Shown here in pieces: positions 1-9,591 of a stretch of 64,000 nucleotides of DNA. The notes under the pieces are model-generated. The model had not been told where the DNA came from and made no database searches. It saw only the letters and a list, made by a program, of their open reading frames with translations. Source of the DNA: Alphaproteobacteria bacterium. Lineage in GTDB: Bacteria; Pseudomonadota; Alphaproteobacteria; Rhizobiales; Xanthobacteraceae. Positions within the stretch are counted from its first letter, which is position 1; the number at the start of each line of letters is the position of its first letter. The position numbers and the translations under genes were made by a program. The stretch lies in the NCBI GenBank assembly GCA_016869215.1, contig VGEP01000011.1, forward strand, positions 68,629-132,628, read 5' to 3'.

Positions 1-8
1 GCAACGCC

Positions 9-923
9 ATGACCCTTCGCATCCGCGCCGCCGGCTACCAGGGAGAGCGATCCGTCCACACCCGGGCGATGCGCGTCCTGCTGCACGGCCTGCAGGAGCG
101 CACGGGCGGGAGCGTCGCGGCCGAATTCGAGCCCAACGTCGCCGCGCGCAGCCGCAAGGCCGCCGATCTGCTGGGCATGGTCGAGCACGGCGAACTCGAC
201 CTCTGCTATTTCTCGTCGAGCTATCTGGCGGCGCGGGTGCCCGCGCTCGTCGCGCTCGACGTTCCGTTCCTGTTCGAGCACCGCAACGACACGCGCGCGC
301 GGCTTACCGGCGCGCTCGGCGCGCTCATCCGCCGCGACGTGGCCGCACATACGGGCTACGAGGTGCTGGCGTTGTGGGACAACGGGCTGCGCCACATCTC
401 CAATGCCAGGCGCCAGATTCGTACGCCAGAGGATTGCGCGGGGCTGCGCATCCGCACGCTGCCGAGCGAGGGCTATCACGCCACGTTCCGCGCGCTCGGC
501 ATGACGCCGGTGACGATCGACGTCGCCGACATGATGCGCGCGATCGAAGCGGGCGAAGTGGATGCGCAGGAGAACCCGCTGACCAACGTGCAGCTGTTCG
601 GTATCCAGAAGCACCATCCGTTCGTGACGCTGACCGGCCATTTCCACGGCATAGCACTGGTGCTGTGCAACGCCGCGGCCTGGGCCGGCTGGCCGGCGGA
701 GTTCCGCGCTGCATTGTCGGAGGCGCTGGAGGAGGCGACCCAGGCGCAGTGGCGCTTTTCCGTGGAGGACGACGTGTCCTGCCGCGCCGCGCTCGAAGGC
801 GAGGGCGTGCGCATCGCCGATCTGGACCCCGGTGCCCGCGCGGCGTTTCGTTCGGCCGTGTCGCGGGTCGCCGGGCGGCTGCGCTCGGCGCTGCCGGCGG
901 ATGTCGCGGCGCAGCTCGACTAG
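9..923 (+). CDS. dctP: TRAP transporter substrate-binding protein, DctP family (start may lie upstream of window)
   Basis: GLRIRTLP (conserved carboxylate-binding Arg) and VDAQENP motifs typical of DctP. The frame is open to the window edge and no signal peptide is visible. Confidence 0.85.
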   Translation: MTLRIRAAGYQGERSVHTRAMRVLLHGLQERTGGSVAAEFEPNVAARSRKAADLLGMVEHGELDLCYFSSSYLAARVPALVALDVPFLFEHRNDTRARLTGALGALIRRDVAAHTGYEVLALWDNGLRHISNARRQIRTPEDCAGLRIRTLPSEGYHATFRALGMTPVTIDVADMMRAIEAGEVDAQENPLTNVQLFGIQKHHPFVTLTGHFHGIALVLCNAAAWAGWPAEFRAALSEALEEATQAQWRFSVEDDVSCRAALEGEGVRIADLDPGARAAFRSAVSRVAGRLRSALPADVAAQLD

Positions 924-957
924 GTCCACCCCGTCCCTAACCGGGGCCGTCCCCCGA

Positions 958-971
958 TTGATTTGCCTCAA
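958..971. promoter_or_regulatory. FNR/FixK-type box (TTGATTTGCCTCAA)
   Basis: Matches TTGA-N6-TCAA (one mismatch to TTGAT-N4-ATCAA). An AT-rich TAATTAT at 994-1000 sits at class II spacing, upstream of a small ORF and uspA. Confidence 0.65.
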
Positions 972-1023
972 GGCGCCGCGTGCGCCCGAGGCCTAATTAT
1001 TTCCACGCTTGAGGAGAATAACC

Positions 1024-1281
1024 ATGGCCGACAGGGCCGCCCGCAAGGGCACCAAGGACACATTGTCCCAGCATTGCCGCATCGCGGAGTTTCTCCGCGT
1101 CGACATTTCGGCGGCCGCGAATGCGGACGCCGTCCATGCGCCGGTCCGGCCGTGCGGTGAAGCGCCGCAGGCCGGTACGTCGGGGCGCTGTTGCGATCCG
1201 GGCGAGTGCCCGAACGCGAAGCTGATGTTCGAACTCATGTTCGACGGCATCGATATGCCGGAGCGCGCCCGGATGCACTGA
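1024..1281 (+). CDS. Small Cys-containing hypothetical protein (85 aa)
   Basis: GAGGAG RBS before ATG 1024; 30 nt gap to uspA; five Cys including RCCDPGECP. Confidence 0.55.
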   Translation: MADRAARKGTKDTLSQHCRIAEFLRVDISAAANADAVHAPVRPCGEAPQAGTSGRCCDPGECPNAKLMFELMFDGIDMPERARMH

Positions 1282-1311
1282 TCCGCGGCATCGGGAAAAG
1301 GAGAAAGCGAC

Positions 1312-1758
1312 ATGTACAAGCACATTCTCATCGCCACCGACGGCTCCGATCTTGCGGAGAAAGCCGTCGTTCATGGCGTGGAGCTCGCCAAGGCGGTCGG
1401 CGCCAAGACCAGCGCCATCGTGGTCGAGCACACGTTCAACGTCTTCGACGTGCCGCAGAATCGCATCCGGGAGATGCCGGACGTGTTCCGCGAACACGCC
1501 GAGCAGATCAAGAAGCATGCGGCCAAGGTTCTCGACCACGTCGCCTCGATCGCGAAGGCGCGCGGCGTGCCGTTCGTCGGCGTCCAGAAGGAAAGCGACC
1601 AGCCCTACGAGCCGATCATCGAGACCGCCAAGGAGAACGGCTGCGACCTGATCGTCATGGCCTCGCACGGCCGCGGCGGACTCTCGGCGGTGTTGATCGG
1701 CAGCGTCACCCACAAGGTGCTGACCCACACCGACATTCCGGTGCTGGTGTATCGCTGA
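1312..1758 (+). CDS. uspA: Universal stress protein, UspA family
   Basis: MYKHILIATDGS N-terminus; CDLIVMASHGRGG and LIGSVTHKVL ATP-binding motifs. Confidence 0.95.
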   Translation: MYKHILIATDGSDLAEKAVVHGVELAKAVGAKTSAIVVEHTFNVFDVPQNRIREMPDVFREHAEQIKKHAAKVLDHVASIAKARGVPFVGVQKESDQPYEPIIETAKENGCDLIVMASHGRGGLSAVLIGSVTHKVLTHTDIPVLVYR

Positions 1759-1785
1759 GCGGGGCGGGGGAAGCCGGCTTCGCCG

Positions 1786-2031
1786 TCAACCGGCGCCGGC
1801 TTCTTTCGAACCGTCGCCCGGCGGCAGTGCGGCGAGCACGGCCTTGAGCGCCCCGCCGCATTCGGGGCATTCGATTCCGGGCACGAATTCCGGCACGCGG
1901 TAATCGGCGCCAGCGTTGGCGATCAGCCGGTCGAGATCGAAGGTTGCGAAAAATCCGCAGTCCTTGCCCTGGCAATGGCCTTCCAGCGTCAGGCCGCGCG
2001 CCTTGATCGAACCGAGCGTCCAACCGGTCAT
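1786..2031 (-). CDS. Small zinc-ribbon-like hypothetical protein (81 aa)
   Basis: C-terminal part of ORF 1786..2274 from MTGWTLG; CxxxxC ... CPEC Cys pairs; co-directional, 32 nt downstream of the Mo-hydroxylase gene. Confidence 0.65.
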   Translation of the reverse strand: MTGWTLGSIKARGLTLEGHCQGKDCGFFATFDLDRLIANAGADYRVPEFVPGIECPECGGALKAVLAALPPGDGSKEAGAG

Positions 2032-2063
2032 CGCGGCACGTGGGTCATCGCTGCGCCTCGGCG

Positions 2064-4385
2064 TTACCCCGCCTTCCCATTCCCCATGGCCCGCCACACC
2101 ACCTCCGGCGTCGCCGGCATCGCGATGTGCTTGACCCCGAAGTCCTTCAGCGCGTCGACGATGGCGTTGGCCAGCGCCGGCATGGCGCCGACGCAGCCGG
2201 CCTCGCCCGCGCCCTTGACGCCCAACGGATTGGTCTTGGTCGGCACCGGGTTGGCCTTGACCTCGAACGCGCACAGGTCGCTCGCCCGCGGCATGGCGTA
2301 GTCCATGAACGAGCCGGTGATGAGCTGGCCTTGCGCGTCGAAGCGGATGTCCTCCATCAGAATCTGCCCCACGCCCTGCGCCGCGCCGCCGACGATCTGG
2401 CCCTTGAGCAGCAGCGGGTTCAGCACCGTGCCGACGTCGTCGACCACGTTGTAGGACACAAGCTCGGTCGTGCCGGTTTCGGGGTCGATCTCGACCTCGC
2501 AGATGTGCACGCCGTTCGGGAAGTTCTCGACATGCGCCGTGTACACGGCGTTGGCCGTGAGCCCGACCTCCATGTCCTTCGGCAGCTTCTTCGGATCGAT
2601 GGCGCTCTGCGCCACGTCCTTGATGGTCATGGTCTGGTTGGTCTTCGAACTTGAGAAGATGCCGTCGGCGAAGTTCACGTCGGCCGCGTCCACCTTGAGG
2701 TTATGAGCGGCGATGGCCCGGGCCTTGGCGACGACCTTCTCGGATGCCAGGTGGAATGCCGAGCCCGACATGGTCGCCGAGCGCGAACCGCCGGTGCCTT
2801 CGCCGAAGAACACCTTGTCGGTGTCGCCCTGGATGTACTCGATGTCGTCGGGATGGATGCCGAGCCGGTCGGCGACGATCTGTTTCAGCACCGTCTCGTG
2901 GCCTTGCCCTTGCGTGATCGAGCCGGAGAGAATCTGCACCGTGCCGCTGCGGTCGAAGCGGATTTCGGCGCCCTCGAAGCTCGGCGCGCCGGCGCGCTCG
3001 ATGGTGTTGGACATGCCCATGCCGCGCAGCTTGCCGCGCTTCTTGGATTCCGCACGGCGCTTGGCGAAGCCTTTGGTGTCGGCGAGCTTCATCGCCAGGT
3101 CCATGCCGCGCTCGAACTCGCCGGAGTCGTAGGTGAAGGTGAGACCGGTCTTGTACGGCATCTGCTCGGGCGCGATGTAATTTCTCCGCCGCAGCTCCGC
3201 CGGGTCCATCTTCAATTCAATCGCGGCGAGATCGACGATGCGCTCGATCACGTATGCCGCTTCGGGACGGCCGTTGCCGCGGAACGGCCTGCATGGGTGC
3301 GTGTGCGTGAACACCGCCGTCGATTCCACGTCCATCGCGGGCGTGCGGTACACCCCGGCAAGCGTGCCGAGATTGCCGGTGTAGGCCTGGAAGCCCGATT
3401 GCAGGTAGGCGCCCGCGTTCACGGTCGAGCGCACGCGCATGCCGAGAAAGATGCCGTCCTTGTCGAGCGCCAGCTCGGTTTCGGTGACGTTGTCGCGCGC
3501 CTGCGCGTCGCCGAGGAACGACTCCGAGCGCGTGCCGATCCACTTCACCGGCCGGTGCGTGAGCTTCGAGCCGAGCAGCACCAGTGCCACCTCGTTGTAG
3601 ATCGCCGACTTCATGCCGAAGCTGCCGCCGATGTCGCCGGCGACTACGCGCACCTTGTTCTCCGCAACCTTCAGCACCTGCCTGGCAAGTTCGGAGCGGT
3701 AGCCGTGCGCGCGCTGCAGCGTGGTGTAGATCGTGTAATGGCCGGTGCTGGGATCGAAATGGCCGATCGAGCCGCGCGGCTCCATCGTGGCGCCGGTGAC
3801 GCGGTTGATGACGAATTTGTGCTTCACGACGTGGGCGGCCTTGGCAAAGGCGGCTTCGGTCGCTGCCTTGTCGCCATGGACCTGCACGAAGCAGATGTTG
3901 TTCGGGCAGTCGTCCCACACCAGCGGCGCGCCGGGCTTGGCGGCGTCGGCGGTTGCGACGATCGCCGGCAGCGGCTCGTAGTCGACCTCGATCAGCTCTG
4001 CGGCGTCGGCGGCCTGATGCCTGGTTTCGGCCACGACGAAGGCGACGTAGTCGCCGACCCAGCGCACCCGGTCCTTCACCAGCGCCGGATAGCGCGGCCG
4101 GTAGTTCGGCGAGCCGTCGCGGCGCTTGTGGCCGCCGGGAACCGGCAGGTCGCCCCAGCTGGACTTGATCCAGTCCTCGCCGGTGAGGACGGCGAGAACG
4201 CCCGGCGCGGCCTTGGCCTTGCTCGTGTCGATGGAGCGGATTTTCGCATGCGCATGCGGCGAGCGCAGCACGTGGCCGAACGCCATTCCAGGCAACGCGA
4301 TGTCGTCCACATAGCGGCCTCCGCCCCGCAACAGCCTCGGGTCTTCGAACCGCGACACGCCTTGACCGATTGCAAACTCGCCCAT
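2064..4385 (-). CDS. Xanthine dehydrogenase/CoxL-family molybdopterin-binding large subunit
   Basis: IGGSFGMK, QGQGHET, GTGGSRS and KGAGEAG molybdopterin-contact motifs; active-site loop reads PFRGNGR. Confidence 0.93.
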   Translation of the reverse strand: MGEFAIGQGVSRFEDPRLLRGGGRYVDDIALPGMAFGHVLRSPHAHAKIRSIDTSKAKAAPGVLAVLTGEDWIKSSWGDLPVPGGHKRRDGSPNYRPRYPALVKDRVRWVGDYVAFVVAETRHQAADAAELIEVDYEPLPAIVATADAAKPGAPLVWDDCPNNICFVQVHGDKAATEAAFAKAAHVVKHKFVINRVTGATMEPRGSIGHFDPSTGHYTIYTTLQRAHGYRSELARQVLKVAENKVRVVAGDIGGSFGMKSAIYNEVALVLLGSKLTHRPVKWIGTRSESFLGDAQARDNVTETELALDKDGIFLGMRVRSTVNAGAYLQSGFQAYTGNLGTLAGVYRTPAMDVESTAVFTHTHPCRPFRGNGRPEAAYVIERIVDLAAIELKMDPAELRRRNYIAPEQMPYKTGLTFTYDSGEFERGMDLAMKLADTKGFAKRRAESKKRGKLRGMGMSNTIERAGAPSFEGAEIRFDRSGTVQILSGSITQGQGHETVLKQIVADRLGIHPDDIEYIQGDTDKVFFGEGTGGSRSATMSGSAFHLASEKVVAKARAIAAHNLKVDAADVNFADGIFSSSKTNQTMTIKDVAQSAIDPKKLPKDMEVGLTANAVYTAHVENFPNGVHICEVEIDPETGTTELVSYNVVDDVGTVLNPLLLKGQIVGGAAQGVGQILMEDIRFDAQGQLITGSFMDYAMPRASDLCAFEVKANPVPTKTNPLGVKGAGEAGCVGAMPALANAIVDALKDFGVKHIAMPATPEVVWRAMGNGKAG

Positions 4386-4634
4386 TTCCGTCCTCGCAAT
4401 TGCATCGACACCGCGGTCAGCGCGCTGGCGCGTGACCGCTCCCGCACACCGCCGCGGACTGCTGACTTATCACAGGCCATCACGTTTGCTTAGCCTTTGG
4501 TCGCATGGGTGTGCGGAGGCTTGACCGTCCCCCGGCGGTCCATTCCAATTGACCGAAAGCCAGCCGCGCAGGCGGCGGGTGAGGGGAATTGTGCAGCGCC
4601 GTGCGGTGGCTTCGCACGGCGCCGGGAGGTTGCC

Positions 4635-6611
4635 GTGGCGAGCCGCGTTTCCGCCGATGCGGATACGTTTCCGAAGCTGCTCGTGCGCAACGCGCGTGCG
4701 TTCGGCGAGCGCCCGGCGATGCGTCACAAGGACTTGGGGATCTGGCAGACCTGGACCTGGGCGCAGGTCCTGGACGAGGCCCGCGCCTATGCGGCAGGCC
4801 TGCATCGCCTGGGCGTCAGGCGCAGCGACACCGTCGCGATCGTCGGCGGCAACCGGCCGCGGCTCTACTGGTCGGTGACGGCGGCGCAAATGCTCGGCGC
4901 GGTGCCGGTGCCGGTCTATGCAGACGCGGTGGCGGACGAACTGGCCTATGTGCTCGCCCATGCCGACGTCCGCTTCGCCGCCGTCGAGGACCAGGAGCAG
5001 GTCGACAAAATCCTGTCGGTGTCCGACCGTCTGCCGAAGCTCGAAAAGTTGGTCTACGACGAGCCCAAGGGACTGCGCGACTACGACCACGCCAATCTGC
5101 GCGCCATCGACGACGTCATCGCGGACGGCCGCAAGGCGCTGGCCGAGGACGGCAAGCTCGCTTCGTGGCTCGACGCCGAGATCGCCGCCGGCAAGGGCTC
5201 CGACGTCTCGATCATCCTCTACACTTCCGGCACCACCGGCCAGTCCAAGGGCGTGGTGCTGTCGGCGGAACGCTGCATCGCCGCCGCGATGGACACGGTG
5301 GCCTTCGACAGGCTGAACGAGCGCGACGAGGCGCTGTCGTACCTGCCGATGGCCTGGGTCGGCGACCACTATCTCAACTACGCGCAGCAATTCGTCGCCG
5401 CCTTCTGCACCGCTTGCACCGAGACCCGCGATACGGCAATGGCCGACCTGCGCGAGATCGGCCCGACGTTCTTCTTCGCGCCGCCGCGCATCTTCGAGCA
5501 GATGCTGACGCGCGTCATGATCCGCATGGAGGACGCGGGCGTGCTCAAGCGCGCGATGTTCCGTTATTTCATCGGGGTGGCGCGGCGATACGGCGAGGCG
5601 ATCCTCAACGGCCAGCCGGTGCCGTTTGCCGGGCGGCTGCTCTACGCGCTCGGCTTGCTCCTGGTTTACGGGCCGCTGAAGAACGTGCTGGGGCTGTCGA
5701 AGGTGCGCGTCGCCTACACCGCAGGCGAGGCGATCGGGCCCGACCTGTTTTCGTTCTATCGTTCGCTCGGCCTCAATCTGAAGCAGCTCTACGGCCAGAC
5801 CGAAGCTTTCCTCTATGTCACCGCGCAGCCGGACGGGCAGATTTATGCCGACACCGTCGGCCCCGCGATGCCGAACGTCGACATCCGCATCGCCGACAAC
5901 GGCGAGGTGCTGTTCAAGTCGCCGGGCATGTTCGTCAGCTATTTCAAGGATGATTTGAAGACCGGCGAAACCATGACGCCTGACGGTTATGTGAAAACCG
6001 GCGACGCCGGCTTCTTCGACGCCAAGACGGGGCACCTCAAGATCATCGACCGCGCCAAGGACGTCGGCAAGCTCAGGGACGGCACGCTGTTCCCGCCGAA
6101 GTACATCGAGAACAAGCTGAAGTTCTATCCCAACATCCGCGAGGCGGTGGCCTATGGCGATGGCCGCGACTTCGTCGCGGTCATGATCAACATCGACCTC
6201 ACCGCGGTCGGAAGCTGGGCCGAGCGCAACAACGTCGTGTACGGCTCCTATCAGGAGCTCGCCGGCCATCCGCTGGTCTACGACATGATCGCCAAGAACA
6301 TCGAGGAGACCAATCGTTCGCTCGCCGAGGACCCGGTGACGGCGGGCGCGCAGGTCAAGCGCTTCCTGATCCTGCACAAGGAGCTCGACGCCGACGACGG
6401 CGAGGTGACGCGCACCCAGAAGGTCCGCCGCGGCTTCGTCGCCGAGCGTTACGCGCCGCTGATCGCCGCGCTTTACGACGGCTCGGCGGAGGCCGACATT
6501 TCGACCGAGGTGACCTTCGAGGACGGCCGCAAGGGCTCGATCTCGGCGCGGGTGAAAGTCCGCGACGTCGCCACCGTGCCGGTCAAGCCCGCGATGGGGA
6601 AGGCGGCATGA
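4635..6611 (+). CDS. Long-chain acyl-CoA synthetase / AMP-binding protein
   Basis: YTSGTTGQSKG AMP-binding signature, YGQTE and TGD motifs; GTG 4635 follows GGGAGG. Confidence 0.9.
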   Translation: MASRVSADADTFPKLLVRNARAFGERPAMRHKDLGIWQTWTWAQVLDEARAYAAGLHRLGVRRSDTVAIVGGNRPRLYWSVTAAQMLGAVPVPVYADAVADELAYVLAHADVRFAAVEDQEQVDKILSVSDRLPKLEKLVYDEPKGLRDYDHANLRAIDDVIADGRKALAEDGKLASWLDAEIAAGKGSDVSIILYTSGTTGQSKGVVLSAERCIAAAMDTVAFDRLNERDEALSYLPMAWVGDHYLNYAQQFVAAFCTACTETRDTAMADLREIGPTFFFAPPRIFEQMLTRVMIRMEDAGVLKRAMFRYFIGVARRYGEAILNGQPVPFAGRLLYALGLLLVYGPLKNVLGLSKVRVAYTAGEAIGPDLFSFYRSLGLNLKQLYGQTEAFLYVTAQPDGQIYADTVGPAMPNVDIRIADNGEVLFKSPGMFVSYFKDDLKTGETMTPDGYVKTGDAGFFDAKTGHLKIIDRAKDVGKLRDGTLFPPKYIENKLKFYPNIREAVAYGDGRDFVAVMINIDLTAVGSWAERNNVVYGSYQELAGHPLVYDMIAKNIEETNRSLAEDPVTAGAQVKRFLILHKELDADDGEVTRTQKVRRGFVAERYAPLIAALYDGSAEADISTEVTFEDGRKGSISARVKVRDVATVPVKPAMGKAA

Positions 6612-7408
6612 GAGCCCCCGCCGCGAGCGACATCGCCGCCGGCGAGGTGCTCCTGTCGGTGGAGGATGTCACCTTGTCGTTCGGCGGCGTCGTCGCGTTG
6701 CGCGACGTGTCGTTCGACATCAAGAAGGGTGAAATCCGCGCCATCATCGGTCCGAACGGCGCGGGCAAGACCTCGATGCTCAACGTCATTAACGGCTTTT
6801 ATCAGCCGCAGAAGGGCAGCATTTCGTTCAAGGGCGAGACGCGCACCAAGATGCGGCCCTACGACGCCGCCGACGGCGGCATCGCGCGCACGTTCCAGAA
6901 CGTCGCGCTGTTCAAGGGCATGAGCGCGCTCGACAACATCCTCGCCGGCCGCACGCTCAAGATGAAGCGTGGCTGGTTCTGGCAGATGCTGCGCATCGGG
7001 CCCGCGCTGACCGAGGAGATCGAGCACCGCAAGCGGGTCGAGGAAATCATCGATTTCCTGGAAATCCAGGCGATCCGGAAGGTGCCGGTGGCGCGGCTGC
7101 CCTACGGCCTGCAGAAGCGCGTCGAACTCGGCCGCGCGCTCGCCATGGAGCCCGATCTTCTGCTGCTCGACGAGCCGATGGCCGGCATGAACCTCGAAGA
7201 GAAGGAGGACATGTCGCGCTTCATCATCGACGTCAACGACCATTACGGCACCACCATCGCGCTGATCGAGCACGACATGGGCGTGGTGATGGACCTGTCC
7301 GACCGCGTCGTGGTGCTCGATCACGGCGTCAAGATCGCGGACGCGACGCCCGACGAGGTCAAAAAGGACCAGGCGGTGATCGACGCGTATCTCGGAGTGG
7401 CGCACTGA
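6608..7408 (+). CDS. livG: Liv-type ABC transporter ATP-binding protein (LivG-like)
   Basis: GPNGAGKT Walker A, RTFQN, LLLLDEPMAG. Confidence 0.92.
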   Translation: MRAPAASDIAAGEVLLSVEDVTLSFGGVVALRDVSFDIKKGEIRAIIGPNGAGKTSMLNVINGFYQPQKGSISFKGETRTKMRPYDAADGGIARTFQNVALFKGMSALDNILAGRTLKMKRGWFWQMLRIGPALTEEIEHRKRVEEIIDFLEIQAIRKVPVARLPYGLQKRVELGRALAMEPDLLLLDEPMAGMNLEEKEDMSRFIIDVNDHYGTTIALIEHDMGVVMDLSDRVVVLDHGVKIADATPDEVKKDQAVIDAYLGVAH

Positions 7409-8328
7409 TGCTCGGCCCGATCATCGAAACCCTGATCGGCGGCCTGCTCACCGGCGTGCTCTATGCGCTGGTCGCGCTCGGCTTCGTGCTGATCTTCAAG
7501 GCCTCGGGCGTGTTCAACTTCGCGCAGGGCGCGATGGTGCTGTTCGCGGCGCTGTCGGTGGCGCGGCTGTCGGAGGTCATGCCGCTGGTGTTCGCTGTCG
7601 CGATCGCGGTCGTCATCATGGTCGTGCTGGCCTACGTCATCGAGCGGCTGGTGCTGCGCCCGCTGGTCAACCAGGAGGGCATCATCCTGTTCATGGCGAC
7701 GCTCGGCGTCGCCTATTTCATCGACGGCTTCGGCCAGACCGTCTGGGGCAGCGACATCTACAAGATCAATCTCGGCATTCCGAAGGACCCGATGTTCTTT
7801 TTCGAGGGCGTCTTTCCCGGCGGCATCCTGATCGACCGCGAGGAGGTCGCTGCGGCCGCGGTCTGCGCCATCCTGGTCGCGGGGCTTGCGATCTTCTTCC
7901 AGGTCACGCGCACCGGCCGCGCGCTGCGCGCGGTCGCGGACGACCATCAGGCGGCGCAGTCGGTCGGTATTCCGCTGAACTACATCTGGCTGATCGTGTG
8001 GGCGGTGGCGGGCATCGTCGCTATCGCAGCCGGCATGGTGTGGGGCTCCAAGCTCGGCGTGCAGTTTTCGATTTCGCTGGTGGCGCTGAAGGCCCTGCCG
8101 GTCTTGATCCTCGGCGGCTTTACCTCGATTCCCGGCGCGATCGTCGGCGGGCTGATCATCGGCGCGGGCGAGAAGCTTGCCGAGGTGCTGCTCGGCCCGA
8201 TCCTGATCAAGACATTCGATCTCGCCGGCGGCGGCATCGAGAACTGGTTCGCCTACATGCTGGCGCTGGTCTTCCTGCTGTTCCGGCCGCAGGGCCTGTT
8301 CGGCGAGCGCATCATCGAACGGATTTAG
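7408..8328 (+). CDS. livH: Liv-type ABC transporter permease (LivH-like)
   Basis: YALVALGFVLIFKASGVFNFAQG and GRALRAVADD motifs; multiple TM segments. Confidence 0.92.
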   Translation: MLGPIIETLIGGLLTGVLYALVALGFVLIFKASGVFNFAQGAMVLFAALSVARLSEVMPLVFAVAIAVVIMVVLAYVIERLVLRPLVNQEGIILFMATLGVAYFIDGFGQTVWGSDIYKINLGIPKDPMFFFEGVFPGGILIDREEVAAAAVCAILVAGLAIFFQVTRTGRALRAVADDHQAAQSVGIPLNYIWLIVWAVAGIVAIAAGMVWGSKLGVQFSISLVALKALPVLILGGFTSIPGAIVGGLIIGAGEKLAEVLLGPILIKTFDLAGGGIENWFAYMLALVFLLFRPQGLFGERIIERI

Positions 8329-8390
8329 TGCACATGATCCCGAAAAGTGAGAACCGGTTTTCGGACAAGATCATGTGCAAAACAAAAGAG
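8326..8390. repeat. Palindromic intergenic repeat, family A copy 1 (resembles RIME/Bru-RS/CIR-type elements)
   Basis: Arms GCACATGATC (8330-8339)/GATCATGTGC (8369-8378), inner CCGAAAA..TTTTCGG; starts at the TAG stop of livH; near-identical copy at 57636. Confidence 0.85.
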
Positions 8391-8396
8391 TGAACC

Positions 8397-9461
8397 GTGC
8401 TCTACCGCGAAGCAGGCCAGTTCAAGACCAGCTATCAGGCCGACCAGGCGATCTTCCCGATCGCGCAGGACCGCTGGTTCGTCTGGGGTCTTGTTGCCTT
8501 TGGCTTCCTGGTGCTGCCGCTGTTCGCCGATCAGTATCTCTACACCGAAGTCTTGATCCCGGTGCTGATCCTGTCGCTCGCCGCGATCGGGCTCAACATT
8601 CTCACCGGCTATTGCGGCCAGCTCTCGCTCGGCACCGGCGGCTTCATGGCGGTGGGCGCCTACGCCGCCTACAACCTCGCGCTCCGCCTGCCGGAAACCA
8701 ACCTGATCGTGGTGTTCCTGTTCGCGGGCCTGATGGCGATGGCGGTCGGCGTACTGTTCGGCATTCCGTCGCTGCGCATCAAGGGCTTCTATCTCGCGGT
8801 CGCGACGCTGGCCTCGCAGTTCTTCCTCGAATGGGCGTTCGCGCGGGTGAAGTGGTTCACCAACTACGCGCCGTCCGGCTCGGTCGCGGTCGGCAAGCTC
8901 GAACTGTTCGGCATGCCGATCCAGACGCCGATGGAGAAGTACCTGTTCGTGCTCGCCATCGTCGTGGTGATGACGCTTGCCGCCAAGAACCTGATCCGCG
9001 GCCGGCTCGGGCGGATGTGGATGGCGACGCGCGACATGGACATCGCCGCCGAGATCATCGGCATCCGGCCGCTCTACGCCAAGCTGTCGGCATTCGCGGT
9101 GTCGTCGTTCTTCATCGGCGTGTCGGGCGCGCTGTGGGCGTTTCTCCGGCTCGGGTCTTGGGAACCGCTCGCCTTCGACATCAACCGTTCGTTCCAGATC
9201 CTGTTCATGGTCATCATCGGAGGCTTAGGCTCGCTGCTCGGGTCGTTCCTCGGCGCGGCGTTCATCGTGCTGATGCCGATCTTCCTGAACCAGTTGCCGG
9301 GCATCCTCGGCATCCCGATGTCGACCGCGCTGATCTCGCATCTCGAATTCATGGTGTTCGGCGCCATGATCGTGTTCTTCCTGATCGTGGAGCCGCACGG
9401 ACTGGCCCGCCTGTGGGCCATTGCGAAGGAAAAGCTCAGGCTTTGGCCGTTCCCCTACTGA
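8397..9461 (+). CDS. livM: Liv-type ABC transporter permease (LivM-like)
   Basis: LNILTGYCGQLSLG and GFYLAVATLA motifs; multi-TM. Confidence 0.92.
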   Translation: MLYREAGQFKTSYQADQAIFPIAQDRWFVWGLVAFGFLVLPLFADQYLYTEVLIPVLILSLAAIGLNILTGYCGQLSLGTGGFMAVGAYAAYNLALRLPETNLIVVFLFAGLMAMAVGVLFGIPSLRIKGFYLAVATLASQFFLEWAFARVKWFTNYAPSGSVAVGKLELFGMPIQTPMEKYLFVLAIVVVMTLAAKNLIRGRLGRMWMATRDMDIAAEIIGIRPLYAKLSAFAVSSFFIGVSGALWAFLRLGSWEPLAFDINRSFQILFMVIIGGLGSLLGSFLGAAFIVLMPIFLNQLPGILGIPMSTALISHLEFMVFGAMIVFFLIVEPHGLARLWAIAKEKLRLWPFPY

Positions 9462-9469
9462 AGGCGAAC

Positions 9470-9498
9470 TTGAGGGGCGGTCGGAAGGTGGGCACTAT
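9470..9498 (+). promoter_or_regulatory. Possible internal sigma70-like promoter for the SBP gene
   Basis: TTGAGG-N17-CACTAT in the 130-nt gap before the SBP gene. Confidence 0.35.
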
Positions 9499-9591
9499 GA
9501 CGGTCAGGGAGCGGGCGGTGCGTCCGCGGCCTTGATAATCCGAACGCCGGTGCCCGCGAGGGCGGATCCGGCGCGACCAAGGGAGGTTGCA

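Noticed and set aside
2064-4385. Aerobic CO dehydrogenase (form I CoxL)
   Set aside because: Lacks the AYxCSFR Cu-binding loop, and no coxM/coxS or accessory cox genes are nearby.
2703-6377. Long antisense/alternate-frame ORFs (e.g. 2703..4493+, 4470..6377-, and many similar across the window)
   Set aside because: They shadow well-supported genes, have Arg/Ala/Pro-rich motif-free translations, and are expected from stop-codon scarcity at ~67% GC.
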